Shown here piece after piece: positions 46,562 to 56,829 of a DNA stretch of 64,000 nucleotides. Below the pieces are notes generated by a model. The model saw only the letters and a list, made by a program, of their open reading frames with translations. It searched no databases and was not told the DNA's origin. Origin of the DNA: Vulcanimicrobiales bacterium (lineage in GTDB: Bacteria > Vulcanimicrobiota > Vulcanimicrobiia > Vulcanimicrobiales > Vulcanimicrobiaceae). Positions within the stretch are counted from its first letter, which is position 1, and every line of letters starts with the position of its first letter. The translations under genes were made by a program, and so were the position numbers. The stretch is taken from NCBI GenBank assembly GCA_038231455.1, contig JBBRLI010000003.1:64001-128000 (forward strand), read 5' to 3'.

Positions 46562-47818
46562 TTACGTCCGGCTATTCCCTGTGCGTCGGGACTTCGGTCC
46601 CAATCCGGCAGGAACGCCGCGAACCACCGGTGTTGCCGCGTCGATCAGCGCGGCGAGCGCGCGTGTCGTCGCCCCGGTGGAGAACTCTTGCTCGACACGA
46701 GCCCTCCCGGCGGCGCCTAGCTTGAGCCGGAGGTCCCGGTCTTCGGCGAGCGTATCGATTGCGGCCGCCAGCTGCGAGGGGTCGCGCTGTTCGACGAGGA
46801 TGCCGCAAGAAGCATCCACGAGTTCGACCGTACTGCCGGTGCGTGTCGCGACGACCGGAAGTCCCGCGCCCATCGCCTCCATCATTGCAACCGGGATGCC
46901 TTCGTGTTCGCCCGGCGTCTCGGTGCTCGCTAAGACCGAGCAGTCGTACGTGCCATCGGCGAGCGCGCGCATCATCTGCGCGTGCGGGAAATTTCCGAGC
47001 AGCCGTATGCGATCGGCGAGCCCCGCGCGTTCGATGTGCGCTTGGATCTCGTCGTGGAGTTCGCCGACACCCGCGAAATCGCACGTAAAATCCAGCCCCC
47101 GATCGCGCAGCGCGTGGAGCGCATCGATGAGATATCGGTGGCCTTTCCAGTGCACGAGGCGTGCGGCGCTGAGGATGCGGAAGGATGCGCGCGGCGGGGG
47201 CGGCGTGCAGAGATCGGGGAGGTCGATCCCCAAGTGGACGACGGTACACCGTCGCGCGGCGGCCGGCGTGAGTTGTTCTTGAAGATGGAAGCAGTTGCGT
47301 TTGGAAATTACCCGCGTGAACGCAGCGCTGAGAACTTTTTCTTCGAGCATGTTGCCCGCGAAGATGTCGTGTTGGTGTGCGGTGATGCTCCAGGGAATAC
47401 CGGTTAGCCGGTGGGCGACGTATCCGAGCGTCGCGGGCGTCGTGATCCACTGCACGTGGATATGCTCGATTCCCAACCGCCGGACGTCCGCGGCGAACGC
47501 CAGGGCTTTTGGAAATATAACGAGGTTTTTTAGCTTCGCATCAAGTCGGTATGATGAAATTAGTACGTTTGTAAACGTAGCGATCACCCGGTACGGGTTG
47601 CGGGCGAATTCTGCAAGTGCGAGCTGCACGACCGATCGATCGAATGTCGCACGTGGATGCGCCGCTACCCCTAAATCGTCGTAGAGCGGCGTTGCTTGTG
47701 TCGGACGCGTTGCGAAAAGCGTCACGTCCGCGTATGATGCCAGCGACTTCACTTCTGGTCGGAAAAACGTCTCCGTTATCCCAAAGGGGAACGTCGTTGC
47801 AAGATACGCGAGTTTCAT
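46562..47818 (-). CDS. GT4 glycosyltransferase (WcaL-like)
   Basis: ETFF, WSITAH, ARLVHWKG, EGIPVAMMEAMGAGLPVV. Confidence 0.92.
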   Translation of the reverse strand: MKLAYLATTFPFGITETFFRPEVKSLASYADVTLFATRPTQATPLYDDLGVAAHPRATFDRSVVQLALAEFARNPYRVIATFTNVLISSYRLDAKLKNLVIFPKALAFAADVRRLGIEHIHVQWITTPATLGYVAHRLTGIPWSITAHQHDIFAGNMLEEKVLSAAFTRVISKRNCFHLQEQLTPAAARRCTVVHLGIDLPDLCTPPPPRASFRILSAARLVHWKGHRYLIDALHALRDRGLDFTCDFAGVGELHDEIQAHIERAGLADRIRLLGNFPHAQMMRALADGTYDCSVLASTETPGEHEGIPVAMMEAMGAGLPVVATRTGSTVELVDASCGILVEQRDPSQLAAAIDTLAEDRDLRLKLGAAGRARVEQEFSTGATTRALAALIDAATPVVRGVPAGLGPKSRRTGNSRT

Positions 47819-48936
47819 CTTCCGGCAAGCTCGTGGTAGAGATCGGCGTGGGCGCGCGCGGTGCGCCGCAAGTCGAAGCGCGCGGCGGCATAGCGTCGCG
47901 CGTTCGAACGTACGCGAACGCGCAAGGCATCATCGAGGGCGGCGCGATCGAAGGCCGCTGCGAGCGCCGTCGGCGTAAAGTCCCGCGCGAGATAGCCCGT
48001 TTCGCCGTCGGTAATGAAGTCCGAGGCGCCCTCCCAGGGTGTCGAGATCGCCGGAAGTCCGTCGAACATCGCCTCGCCGAGCGCCAGCGGCATGCGTTCC
48101 CATAGTGAGGGAAGCACGTAGGCGTCCATCGCGCCGCCGATCCGTCGCACGTCCGTACGATAGCCGAGGAAGTGGACGCGCTCGGCAACGCCGCTTTCCG
48201 CCGCGATCTCGCGCAGCATCGCTGCGTCCGGTCCGTCGCCTGCGAGCACGAGGTGCAACCGACCGACGCGCGATTCTCGCAATGCCGCAATCGCCAAGCG
48301 TTGGTTTTTCTGCGTTGCAAGTCGAGCGGGGGCGAAAAGCGCGAAAGCATCGCGTGGAATGCCGAGTTCATCGCGCAAAACATTCCGATCGGCGATCGCA
48401 CCCGGTGGTGCGATGCCGTTGGGGATCACGGCAATCCGTGCGTCGGCCACGTGTTCGCTTGCGCCAAACGCGCGCCGCTGCGATTCGGTAAAAACGACGA
48501 ATCGCGCCGTTTGTGGATGTAAGAAGCGATTGATCGCGTCTCGGAGCGGTCCACCGGCCTCATCGCCATGTTCGGTGAAAACGATTGCTGGAACGCGCGC
48601 GACTAGCGCCGCAAGTCGGCCCGCATACTTTCCGGTGTGGAGATGGGCGTGCACCACATCGGGCCGAAGCGCGCGCAACGTTGCGACAAGACGCGGCCAA
48701 TATCCGTAATCACCGCGTTTCGTGCGACCGATTTCGACGATAGGCACGCCGAGTTCCGCGCGTTCGCTCTCGCTAAGGCGCGAACCATAGACCGAGACGA
48801 GCGTGACATCGACGCCTTCGTCGATCAAGCGCGGCGCGAGCGCGCGGACGAGTGCCTCGGCTCCGCCTTCACGCAAATTGGCGCAGAGATGAACGACGTG
48901 CAGCCGCCGCTGCGGCGGCAGTTCGGAGGCAATCAT
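47815..48936 (-). CDS. GT4 glycosyltransferase
   Basis: GGAE, DVVHAH, FTEHG, IPNGI, PSLWERMPLALGEAM. Confidence 0.92.
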   Translation of the reverse strand: MIASELPPQRRLHVVHLCANLREGGAEALVRALAPRLIDEGVDVTLVSVYGSRLSESERAELGVPIVEIGRTKRGDYGYWPRLVATLRALRPDVVHAHLHTGKYAGRLAALVARVPAIVFTEHGDEAGGPLRDAINRFLHPQTARFVVFTESQRRAFGASEHVADARIAVIPNGIAPPGAIADRNVLRDELGIPRDAFALFAPARLATQKNQRLAIAALRESRVGRLHLVLAGDGPDAAMLREIAAESGVAERVHFLGYRTDVRRIGGAMDAYVLPSLWERMPLALGEAMFDGLPAISTPWEGASDFITDGETGYLARDFTPTALAAAFDRAALDDALRVRVRSNARRYAAARFDLRRTARAHADLYHELAGR

Positions 48937-49048
48937 AGATGAACGGACCGTACCGCTGCTTGCTCGTACTCAAAGCGTCGCTACGCCTGAGGCGACGAGG
49001 ACTTTGGTCCCAGCGGCGCTCGCTTGATTGTGGGTATGTCGATCGGGC

Positions 49049-50011
49049 ATGAACCGGCTTGCCATCGTCATTCCGGCGCACAATGAGGCCGCGCATCTTC
49101 CCTCAGTCCTCGCGAGCATTGCGGCACAAACGTTCGACCGCGAGCGTTTGCGCGTAATTATCGTCGACGATTCGTCGAGCGATGCGACCGGAGCGATCGC
49201 TCGGGACTGGCTGGTACGTGAGGGAGTAGCGGGTGATGTCGTCCGCGTCGAAGCGCGGTCGATACCGAGAACGCTGAACGCCGGGATCGCCCGGGCGCAT
49301 GACGATGAGATCGTCGTGCGGCTCGACGCGCATACGACATATGCCCCGGACTACCTCGCTTGCATCGATGCAGCATTCGACGCTTTCGGTGCGACCGTCT
49401 GGGTTGTTGGGGGCGCGCAACGTCCATCGCCCGGCACGACCCCCGCGGAGCGTCTTATCGTCTCGCTGATGACCTCACGCATGGGGCTCGGCGGCGCCGC
49501 ATTCCGTACCGCGACGCAAGCGCAGCAAGCGACGAGCGTCTACCTCGGCGCGTTCCGCGCGGGCGTGCTTCAGCGGATCAGCGGTTACGACGAGACGTGG
49601 CTTGCCAATGAAGATGCCGAACTTGCCGCGCGGGTCGCCGCGGCGGGAGGCGAGATTTGGTGGATCCCGCTCGAGAGTGCGTACCGCGTCAATCGGGGGC
49701 CGCGGCGGACACTCGTCCAACTCGCACGTTACGGCTATTGGCGCGGGCGAACGTTACGCCGTCATCCGCGGCTGGCACGCCTCCGGCATGTAGCTCCGCC
49801 GCTAGCACTCATTGCCGCAACGACCCTTGCCATGCGCGGCGCTTGGCGCATGCTCGCGTTCGGTGCGCTTGTCTATTCGGCCGGCGTGATCGCGCAGCGT
49901 CCGCGTGACGAACGTCGTGGGACGACGGCGGCCGCGTTGGTGTTCTTTCCGCTCGCGCACGCCGCATTCGCCCTGGGGCTCATTCGGGGACTCGCTACCG
50001 CGCAGGCGTGA
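49049..50011 (+). CDS. GT2 glycosyltransferase, ExoA-like
   Basis: IVIPAHNE, DDSSSD, VRLDAH, GYDE..ANEDAEL, YGYWR. Confidence 0.9.
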   Translation: MNRLAIVIPAHNEAAHLPSVLASIAAQTFDRERLRVIIVDDSSSDATGAIARDWLVREGVAGDVVRVEARSIPRTLNAGIARAHDDEIVVRLDAHTTYAPDYLACIDAAFDAFGATVWVVGGAQRPSPGTTPAERLIVSLMTSRMGLGGAAFRTATQAQQATSVYLGAFRAGVLQRISGYDETWLANEDAELAARVAAAGGEIWWIPLESAYRVNRGPRRTLVQLARYGYWRGRTLRRHPRLARLRHVAPPLALIAATTLAMRGAWRMLAFGALVYSAGVIAQRPRDERRGTTAAALVFFPLAHAAFALGLIRGLATAQA

Positions 50012-51323
50012 GGGCCGGTTTCCGCTCTTGTGGCGGGTCGGCGGATCTGGCGAATGGCGCCCGCGCCATCTGCGTGCGCGCGCGAGCACGAGTGAACAGG
50101 CGCGGCATCGCGGCGTTCGTTGCGAGTGCCGACATCGAGAGCGCGAGCCATAAGTATTTGAACGTCAACGTGTCGAGGAAGAACGACGCCACAAAGAGTG
50201 CGAAAACCGCAGCTTCGATCCCAACGCGTGTCGGCATGCCGTCGAACGCGACGGGAACGCGGCGCATATCGCGCCACGACGAGTACCACGCGTACACTAA
50301 AAGCGCAACGCCGAGCAGTCCGAGTTCCACCGATGTTCCGATGAGGACGTTGTGTGAGGGACGCGACCAGCCTTGAAACACGGCTTGATAGCCGTTTAAG
50401 AACATGCGATCGTATGCGGTTGGGAATGCGCCGATCCCAGCACCAATCAGCCAATGATCGGCGAGCGCTTTGAGCCCGATATTCCAGATGAACACGCGGC
50501 CCGCGCCCATCCCTTGAGTCGGATCGGAGAAGCGTTGCCACACGGTCGGAAAAGCGGCACTGATCGCCAGTGCGATCAGTCCCAGCCCGACGATTTGCAA
50601 CCGCCGGCGCGAACGCCAAGCGATGTACACGAGCATCATGCCAAGCGAAATGAACGCACCGCGCGAGCCGCTCAGGAGCAAACCGCCCGTCATCACGACG
50701 ACGGCCACAAGGCTCAGGACGCGGCCAAGAACCTTTCCGCGCGCAAGCGCAATGACGAGCGCAAGGGCAATGGGGAGGAGCAACGCTGCGGCATAGTGAT
50801 TCGGATCTACGGTGAGCCCGGTGGAACTCGTAATCGAAAGCCGCTCTTCAAAGCGGTTGCCTTGCGTGTATAAATAGAGACCGTAACATGCCGAGCCGAT
50901 CCCGCTAAGAATAACGACCGTCGTAAGGCGCTTGAATTCGCCAGGCGTGACCGGATAGATCGCGAGGAGCGAAAAGAGCAAGAAGAGCTGGAAGATCTGT
51001 CCGAAGGTCGTCGTCGTCAGCGCACTGTCGATCGTCCAGATGGCCGTCAGCGCCATCCAACCGACGAGTACGAGCCAAAAATACCACGCCCGCGGCGGAG
51101 CGACCGCGCGACGCAAGAGCGCGATTCGGAAAACCAGCGCGAGCGCGCTTACGATTGCGAGACCGCGGACCAGCGTCGCGCCGTTATTGCCGAGCACGTT
51201 GTCGAATGGAATGAGCGCTACGTAGACGCCGAACGGCACGATCAGCGGCGCGCGCAATGCAAAAAGAAAAGCCAACGGCACGAGGATCGCGGCAGCGACG
51301 ATTTCGGGGGCGATTAAGTCCAT
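49995..51323 (-). CDS. O-antigen ligase/Wzy-like polymerase
   Basis: About 10 TMs; DPNHYA, LSGSRGA, GRVFIW, GAGIGAF, SHN. Confidence 0.88.
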   Translation of the reverse strand: MDLIAPEIVAAAILVPLAFLFALRAPLIVPFGVYVALIPFDNVLGNNGATLVRGLAIVSALALVFRIALLRRAVAPPRAWYFWLVLVGWMALTAIWTIDSALTTTTFGQIFQLFLLFSLLAIYPVTPGEFKRLTTVVILSGIGSACYGLYLYTQGNRFEERLSITSSTGLTVDPNHYAAALLLPIALALVIALARGKVLGRVLSLVAVVVMTGGLLLSGSRGAFISLGMMLVYIAWRSRRRLQIVGLGLIALAISAAFPTVWQRFSDPTQGMGAGRVFIWNIGLKALADHWLIGAGIGAFPTAYDRMFLNGYQAVFQGWSRPSHNVLIGTSVELGLLGVALLVYAWYSSWRDMRRVPVAFDGMPTRVGIEAAVFALFVASFFLDTLTFKYLWLALSMSALATNAAMPRLFTRARARTQMARAPFARSADPPQERKPALTPAR

Positions 51324-51369
51324 GGCGACTTTCTAGAAGCGGGCGAACGCACGTCGAACGTACCCCGGA

Positions 51370-52518
51370 TCAGCGAGCGCCAACCGCAGCTGGACCTTGG
51401 TTGGGAAGTAGCGCCGTCGTTTGAGCGATGATGCGAGCCGCCCGGTCCCAGCCGAAGTGGCGTGCATACCGCTCGCTCGCCGCGCGTCCCATGCGAGCAC
51501 GCAGTTCGCTGCTTGCCAGAAGCGCACGCAACGAGCGTGTTAGCTCCGGCACATCGCCCTGCGTGTGAACGAAACCCGTTTCGCCGGCCTCGACGATCTC
51601 CGGCATCGCGCACTGATCCGAGACGACGCAGGGCAGTGCATGTGCCATCGCTTCGAGGAAGACGATTCCGAACGGTTCGTAGAGCGAGGGCATCGCAAAA
51701 ATCGTCGCTCGTCCGTACTCGTGTAAGAGCCGGTTGAGTCCGGCATCGGTATCCGTATCAAGCGGTCCGATGAACGCGACCCCATCGGGCAAACGTCCGA
51801 TCGTTTTTGGCCCGACGATCGTGAGTGTCGCCTCGGGCACGTCGCGACGAGCGCGTTCGAATGCACGCAGCAACACATCGCCGCCTTTCCGATTGAATTC
51901 TTTGCCGACGAAGAGGATCGCCGGATCTTCGTACGATTTGCCGTCCGTCGCCGCTAGCTGCCGGAGGTTCACGCCGGCGCCCGCGACCGTGATCTTTTCC
52001 GGAGGTACGTCAAAATCGGAAACGAGGGTGCCTTTCGCCCACGCACTCATGGTGAAGAGATGATCGACCTCGGCGTAGAGTCGCCGCTCGTAGGCAAGAC
52101 CGTCGGCGAAATCCGATCGGTTCGGATCACCGGCGTAAGGACTCTTGAGATAGGTCGCTAGCGTCGCGTCGTGATACGAAATGGTCAAACGTCCCGGGAG
52201 TCGCGCGAGGTTATAGAACGCGGCGATCTGCAGGACAACATCGTAGCGTTCGGGATCGAACTCGCGCAGACGTCCTTTTGCAACGCTACTGTTGTGCCGA
52301 AAAAGGTCGGTGCGCTGGCGATAACGCTGCACCCACTTCGCGCGGTCGCGCCGGAAGCTGAGCGCTTTGTAGTAGAGTTGCGCTGCCGCCGACGGCTGTG
52401 CAGAGACCGCGCCGAACGCAGCATCGCGATCGCGAAGTGCGCGAAAAAGCCCCGCACTCGAACCCGAGAACGTCTTGGAACTGTACGGATCGCCGAGCGT
52501 GACCCCGACGATGCTCAT
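51370..52518 (-). CDS. GT4 glycosyltransferase
   Basis: LFVG..RKGG, PSLYEPFGIVFLEAMA. Confidence 0.92.
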   Translation of the reverse strand: MSIVGVTLGDPYSSKTFSGSSAGLFRALRDRDAAFGAVSAQPSAAAQLYYKALSFRRDRAKWVQRYRQRTDLFRHNSSVAKGRLREFDPERYDVVLQIAAFYNLARLPGRLTISYHDATLATYLKSPYAGDPNRSDFADGLAYERRLYAEVDHLFTMSAWAKGTLVSDFDVPPEKITVAGAGVNLRQLAATDGKSYEDPAILFVGKEFNRKGGDVLLRAFERARRDVPEATLTIVGPKTIGRLPDGVAFIGPLDTDTDAGLNRLLHEYGRATIFAMPSLYEPFGIVFLEAMAHALPCVVSDQCAMPEIVEAGETGFVHTQGDVPELTRSLRALLASSELRARMGRAASERYARHFGWDRAARIIAQTTALLPNQGPAAVGAR

Positions 52519-53810
52519 ACGGCAGCGGGCGCTTCGACCGCCCGCGGCGACCCGCGTAGTGCCGCTAAGTCATCTCGTCGCACAAGAAAAAGATCGCGTG
52601 TCGGCGTCTTGGTGAGGCGCGCGAATATCCAAACTTTCGCGCCGAATGAGAACATATACGCAAGTGTCGTTGCGATCGCCGGTCCGATGATACCGTACCG
52701 ACCCACGGTCGCAAACGTCGCGAGAGCGCACAGCGAGAACGTGAGGATCTCGATGCGTAAAACGAGTCCCGGTCGATTTGCACGAACGGAAAGGAAGTAT
52801 GTGAGGATCGCATCCGCCGCATAAACCGTCATGCCGGGGAGCAGAAAGCGTAGCGCGATTCCCGCGGGAGAAAACGCCGAGCCGTATACGAGCCTCACCA
52901 GCCACGGTCCAAGCGTGAAAGCGACCACCGCGGAGACGACCTCGATTGCGATGACCAGGCGCGTAATGCGCGCGGTAATTGCCGCCCCGTCTTGAAACGA
53001 GGCGGTCGCCACGCGTCCGTACGCCGACCACGAAATCGCGCGGCTGACCTGGAACATCAGTTCGCCACAAGCGATTGCCAGCGTGTAGTTTCCGAGCGCG
53101 ACCGGTGAGAGCAGCGCGCTTACAATGAAGACGTCGACACGAAAGGAGAGGTACGCCGCAACCGCCGAGAGCGAGGTCATCCGCGCGAAACGCACCATTT
53201 CGTGAAGCAGTCGCGCGACTTCGGATGGGACGGCGCTGCGTGCGAGTTGATGGAGACCGCGCGCGACGACGATCGCTCCCGTTACATATCCGAGCACCCA
53301 AATCGCAAGGATACCATCGATTCCAACGTGGCGCGTCGCCATCGCCAGGAGCATTGCGATTCCGGTGCCGGCATTCGTGGCAAGCGATGCAACGTTCGTC
53401 CGTTCGACGCGTAGATTGATCAGGTGAAACGCGTTCATCGTCTGGAGATAAAGCGCGAACGGGAGTGCGATTGCGACCGCGAGGAGCGCGTGCTGCGACG
53501 GTACGAACCAGCCGATCAGCGCGATGATGGGCGAGGCGATGGCGCTTACGATTGCCACGATCCGCCGGGCGGCGACGTAGGCCGAGGCAATCCGCTCGGG
53601 TTCCTCGCCCGCGGTTCGCGCGACCGCGGATGAAATGCCGTCGCCGATCGCGATGAACGCCATGATCGCGATGCCGGCATAGCTGACGACGCCCTTCCCG
53701 ACCGGGCCGTACACGCGCGATATCGCGATGCCCGCGACGATCATCGCCCCTTGGCCCAGCAGAATCGAGACGAGCGTGTGGATGGTCTGCGCGAAGAGGC
53801 TGCGTTTCAT
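52515..53810 (-). CDS. wzx: Wzx-type oligosaccharide flippase
   Basis: About 12 TMs; SRVYGPVGKG, FRVDVFIV, LGNY, YGIIGPAIAT. Confidence 0.85.
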   Translation of the reverse strand: MKRSLFAQTIHTLVSILLGQGAMIVAGIAISRVYGPVGKGVVSYAGIAIMAFIAIGDGISSAVARTAGEEPERIASAYVAARRIVAIVSAIASPIIALIGWFVPSQHALLAVAIALPFALYLQTMNAFHLINLRVERTNVASLATNAGTGIAMLLAMATRHVGIDGILAIWVLGYVTGAIVVARGLHQLARSAVPSEVARLLHEMVRFARMTSLSAVAAYLSFRVDVFIVSALLSPVALGNYTLAIACGELMFQVSRAISWSAYGRVATASFQDGAAITARITRLVIAIEVVSAVVAFTLGPWLVRLVYGSAFSPAGIALRFLLPGMTVYAADAILTYFLSVRANRPGLVLRIEILTFSLCALATFATVGRYGIIGPAIATTLAYMFSFGAKVWIFARLTKTPTRDLFLVRRDDLAALRGSPRAVEAPAAV

Positions 53811-55297
53811 CGCGGGACGAGCTCCGCGATCGACGATTCGAAATACGGATGTTCTGCGATTACCCGATACTCGCGGCGCACGACTTCATCCAGATACGCA
53901 CAGCCGTAATCCGGGTGGCGAAACGTGCATGCGTTGTTCCGAACGAGCCACAATCGATGATGGCCGAGGCGAGCCCTGCCGATCACGCCATCGACTTCGG
54001 CGCTCGAATGAATGACGAAGGCGTTCGCGCGAAAGACATCTGTCTGGGGACTGCGCGGCACGCGAACGAGCGATCCTACGTAGTACCGCTGCAGCGGCAA
54101 GGCGGCGTCGCTATCGAAAACCGCGACAGCATCCCCGGGTGCAACCTCGCGCGTGAGCGCGGCTCCGACGCGCTTCCAATCGCCGGTTTTCGCGCCGTGC
54201 CCGTAGAGTGAGCCGAGCGATAGCGCGCAAACAAGCGCGTATGCACCGCCAAACGCGATGGCACTTAGCGGACGGCGTGCGGTTGCGAGGAGCGCGGCGA
54301 CCGCGAGCATCAGCGGCGCGAAAAGGACAACGGTTTGACGGGGCGCGATCACGTACACGTGCGCGAATGCGCCGACGAGCGTGAAGAGTAACGCCGAGAC
54401 CGCAGCGACGATCGCGAATGCACCGAACGCGCGATTCGGGCGCGGCTGCGCGGCAACAATCGAGCCGATCGCCACGAGACCAACGATTGCGTACGCGGCG
54501 CGACCGACGATGCCGCGCGCCCAGTGCAGCGGCATCACGTAGTCGGCAGAGGCGGCAAGCGGAATGCGAGCCGCGCCGATCAATCCCAACCGGCTCGGCT
54601 CGTCGACACCGACTTGCTCACGCACGATCCCGACGAGCGGAACCATCGCAAGAGCAACGAGCGCGCAGCTCGCCAGAAACGCTAGCAGCCCCTGACGCCG
54701 GTAGACGAGGAGTGCTGCACCGAATCCGACTAGAGCGAACATCAAATAATATTGAAGATACGCGGCCGCGATCGCGGAGAGGACGAAACCCGTGCGGGCG
54801 ATCCAAACGCCACGCGAAATGTCGCAAGCCACGAAAAATCCGTCATAAAACGTCAGCGCGAGTAGCGACGAAACGAGCAGAGCGAAGGCATACAGGCGAA
54901 TTTCGGTGCCGGCGTAGACCACGAACGGGTTGAAGGCGATGGCGGCAAAGACGAGCGTTGAAGCGTTCGGCCAGACGCGGCGTAGCAGCGCCGCCATCGT
55001 TATAAGAAATCCGGCGATGCACGCAACCGAAAAGAGCCGCGCGACGAAGACCGAGCTATCGAACGTCCGCCAGAGCGCGAGCAACACGAAATAGAGCGGC
55101 GCTTGCTTTTCAAAGCCGATCGCTCGGCCGTAGGCGAAGGCGGCGCCGTGCGCCGTGGTTGCGAGCGAGTATTCTTCATCGGTCCACGTTGCAAAGATTG
55201 CACCCAGGCCGACCAGGATCGCGATTGCGACCATTCCGACAACTAGGGAGCGCGACATCGCGAAGCCGCTCGGTCGCTCGAGTGCGAGGTCCCTCAT
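53807..55297 (-). CDS. GT-C superfamily membrane glycosyltransferase (GT39/ArnT-like)
   Basis: WTDE motif after TM1, APLYFVLL, RLFS, EIRLYA; many TMs and C-terminal periplasmic domain. Confidence 0.8.
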   Translation of the reverse strand: MRDLALERPSGFAMSRSLVVGMVAIAILVGLGAIFATWTDEEYSLATTAHGAAFAYGRAIGFEKQAPLYFVLLALWRTFDSSVFVARLFSVACIAGFLITMAALLRRVWPNASTLVFAAIAFNPFVVYAGTEIRLYAFALLVSSLLALTFYDGFFVACDISRGVWIARTGFVLSAIAAAYLQYYLMFALVGFGAALLVYRRQGLLAFLASCALVALAMVPLVGIVREQVGVDEPSRLGLIGAARIPLAASADYVMPLHWARGIVGRAAYAIVGLVAIGSIVAAQPRPNRAFGAFAIVAAVSALLFTLVGAFAHVYVIAPRQTVVLFAPLMLAVAALLATARRPLSAIAFGGAYALVCALSLGSLYGHGAKTGDWKRVGAALTREVAPGDAVAVFDSDAALPLQRYYVGSLVRVPRSPQTDVFRANAFVIHSSAEVDGVIGRARLGHHRLWLVRNNACTFRHPDYGCAYLDEVVRREYRVIAEHPYFESSIAELVPR

Positions 55298-55298
55298 G

Positions 55299-56720
55299 CT
55301 AGGCGACGCGGTGGAAGAGCACTTCGACGAACGTTTTCACGAGGATCGAGAGATCCATCAGCGGCGACCAATTCTCGATGTAGTAGATATCGCACGCAAG
55401 TTTATCGCCGGCATCGGCCGGCGTGAGGATACGCGCGAGCGTCAGCTGTGCCCAGCCGGTGATTCCCGGCGAAATTAAATGGCGGTCGTCGTAGCGCGGG
55501 ATCGTGCGCTGGAATTCCTCAACGAAGTGCGGTCGTTCCGGCCGCGGACCGATCAGACTCATGTCGCCGCGCGCGACGTTGAGCAACTGCGGCAGTTCGT
55601 CGATGCTCAAACGACGCAAGAATTTGCCCACGCGCGTGGCGCGCGGCTGCGCGAGATTCGCCCAAACGGGTCCCGTTTTCGCTTCGGCATCGACCGGCAT
55701 CGAGCGGAACTTGAGCATCTCGAAGGGACGGCCGCCGCGCCCGATACGGATCTGGCGGAAGATGATCGGTCCCGGGGTGTCGAGCCGGATCGCGAGTGCA
55801 ACAATCGCAAAGAGCGGTGCGAGCGCGAACAGCGTCGGTATCGAGATCAAGAGATCCAGCGCGCGGCGAAAGAGCATTCCCTCCGGCGTGCAGATTGGCA
55901 GACTGCGCGGCCGGATGAGGGAGAGGTTGCCCGTTCGCTCGATCGTGAGTTCGTAGGCATGCGTGCGGATGCGCGGTGGGGCGAAGGCCAGCATGATGCG
56001 GCGCGACTCGGTTTCTTGCAGGAGCGCGCTCATATATTCAGGCTCGACCATCTCGGTCACGATGATCTGCGATGCACCCCATTCAAGCGCCCCGCGCATC
56101 CACGGGACGAACGCCGGTCGCTCGGCCGTACGCATCGTATCATCGAAATTATTTACGACGATGCGGAGGACGGCATCACGCCGACGCGGGTGCAGCGATG
56201 CGACGACGCTCGCGATACGTTCCTTCGTACCCACGATTGCGATGCGGCGTTCCGCGTGCGCGCGAATACGGTCGCCTGCAAGGCGGAGGACCGCGCGCGC
56301 GCTTGCATCACCAACAAGAGCGATGGCAGCGAACGCAAGTAACGTCAACCGCGACGGCGAGATGTCTGGAATAACGGTGAAGATCGCAAGCTCGGGAACC
56401 AAACCAAGTGCAAGCGCCGTGATGACCGTGTAAATTTCGTCTTTCGCCGTACCTGCAAACGTCCCGCGGTAAAGTCCGACGGCGCGAAAAACGAAAAGCC
56501 AGATGAGGGCAGCGACCGCGAGCGCTGCGAGCAACGTCGGTCGCTGACCCGCAAGACCAAAGCCTAAATGCCAGCGGCACGCGAGGTTCGCGGCAAGCGC
56601 GAACACGGCAACGTCGACGCACAAAAGGAGAAGCGCGCTGAAGCGACCGTAGCGTTGCGGGGTCTGCTGCGACTCCTCGCCGCGCGCTGACGAGCGAATC
56701 GCTCGCGCGATCGTTGACAT
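55299..56720 (-). CDS. Priming polyprenyl glycosylphosphotransferase (WcaJ/WbaP-like)
   Basis: RRALDL, GPIIFRQ, KFRSM, RRLSIDELPQL, GDMSLIGPRPE, PGITGWAQ. Confidence 0.95.
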   Translation of the reverse strand: MSTIARAIRSSARGEESQQTPQRYGRFSALLLLCVDVAVFALAANLACRWHLGFGLAGQRPTLLAALAVAALIWLFVFRAVGLYRGTFAGTAKDEIYTVITALALGLVPELAIFTVIPDISPSRLTLLAFAAIALVGDASARAVLRLAGDRIRAHAERRIAIVGTKERIASVVASLHPRRRDAVLRIVVNNFDDTMRTAERPAFVPWMRGALEWGASQIIVTEMVEPEYMSALLQETESRRIMLAFAPPRIRTHAYELTIERTGNLSLIRPRSLPICTPEGMLFRRALDLLISIPTLFALAPLFAIVALAIRLDTPGPIIFRQIRIGRGGRPFEMLKFRSMPVDAEAKTGPVWANLAQPRATRVGKFLRRLSIDELPQLLNVARGDMSLIGPRPERPHFVEEFQRTIPRYDDRHLISPGITGWAQLTLARILTPADAGDKLACDIYYIENWSPLMDLSILVKTFVEVLFHRVA

Positions 56721-56829
56721 ATCGAGCCAGTTCTACCCGTGACATGCAACCGTTCGTCGGGACGAACGTCCCTCGGAACAGCCCCGCTGGGCCAGTTTGT
56801 TACGACGCCGATAAACGCATAACCAATCC

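Noticed and set aside
56807-56814. Sigma28 promoter (GCCGATAA)
   Set aside because: No TAAA -35 at the required spacing
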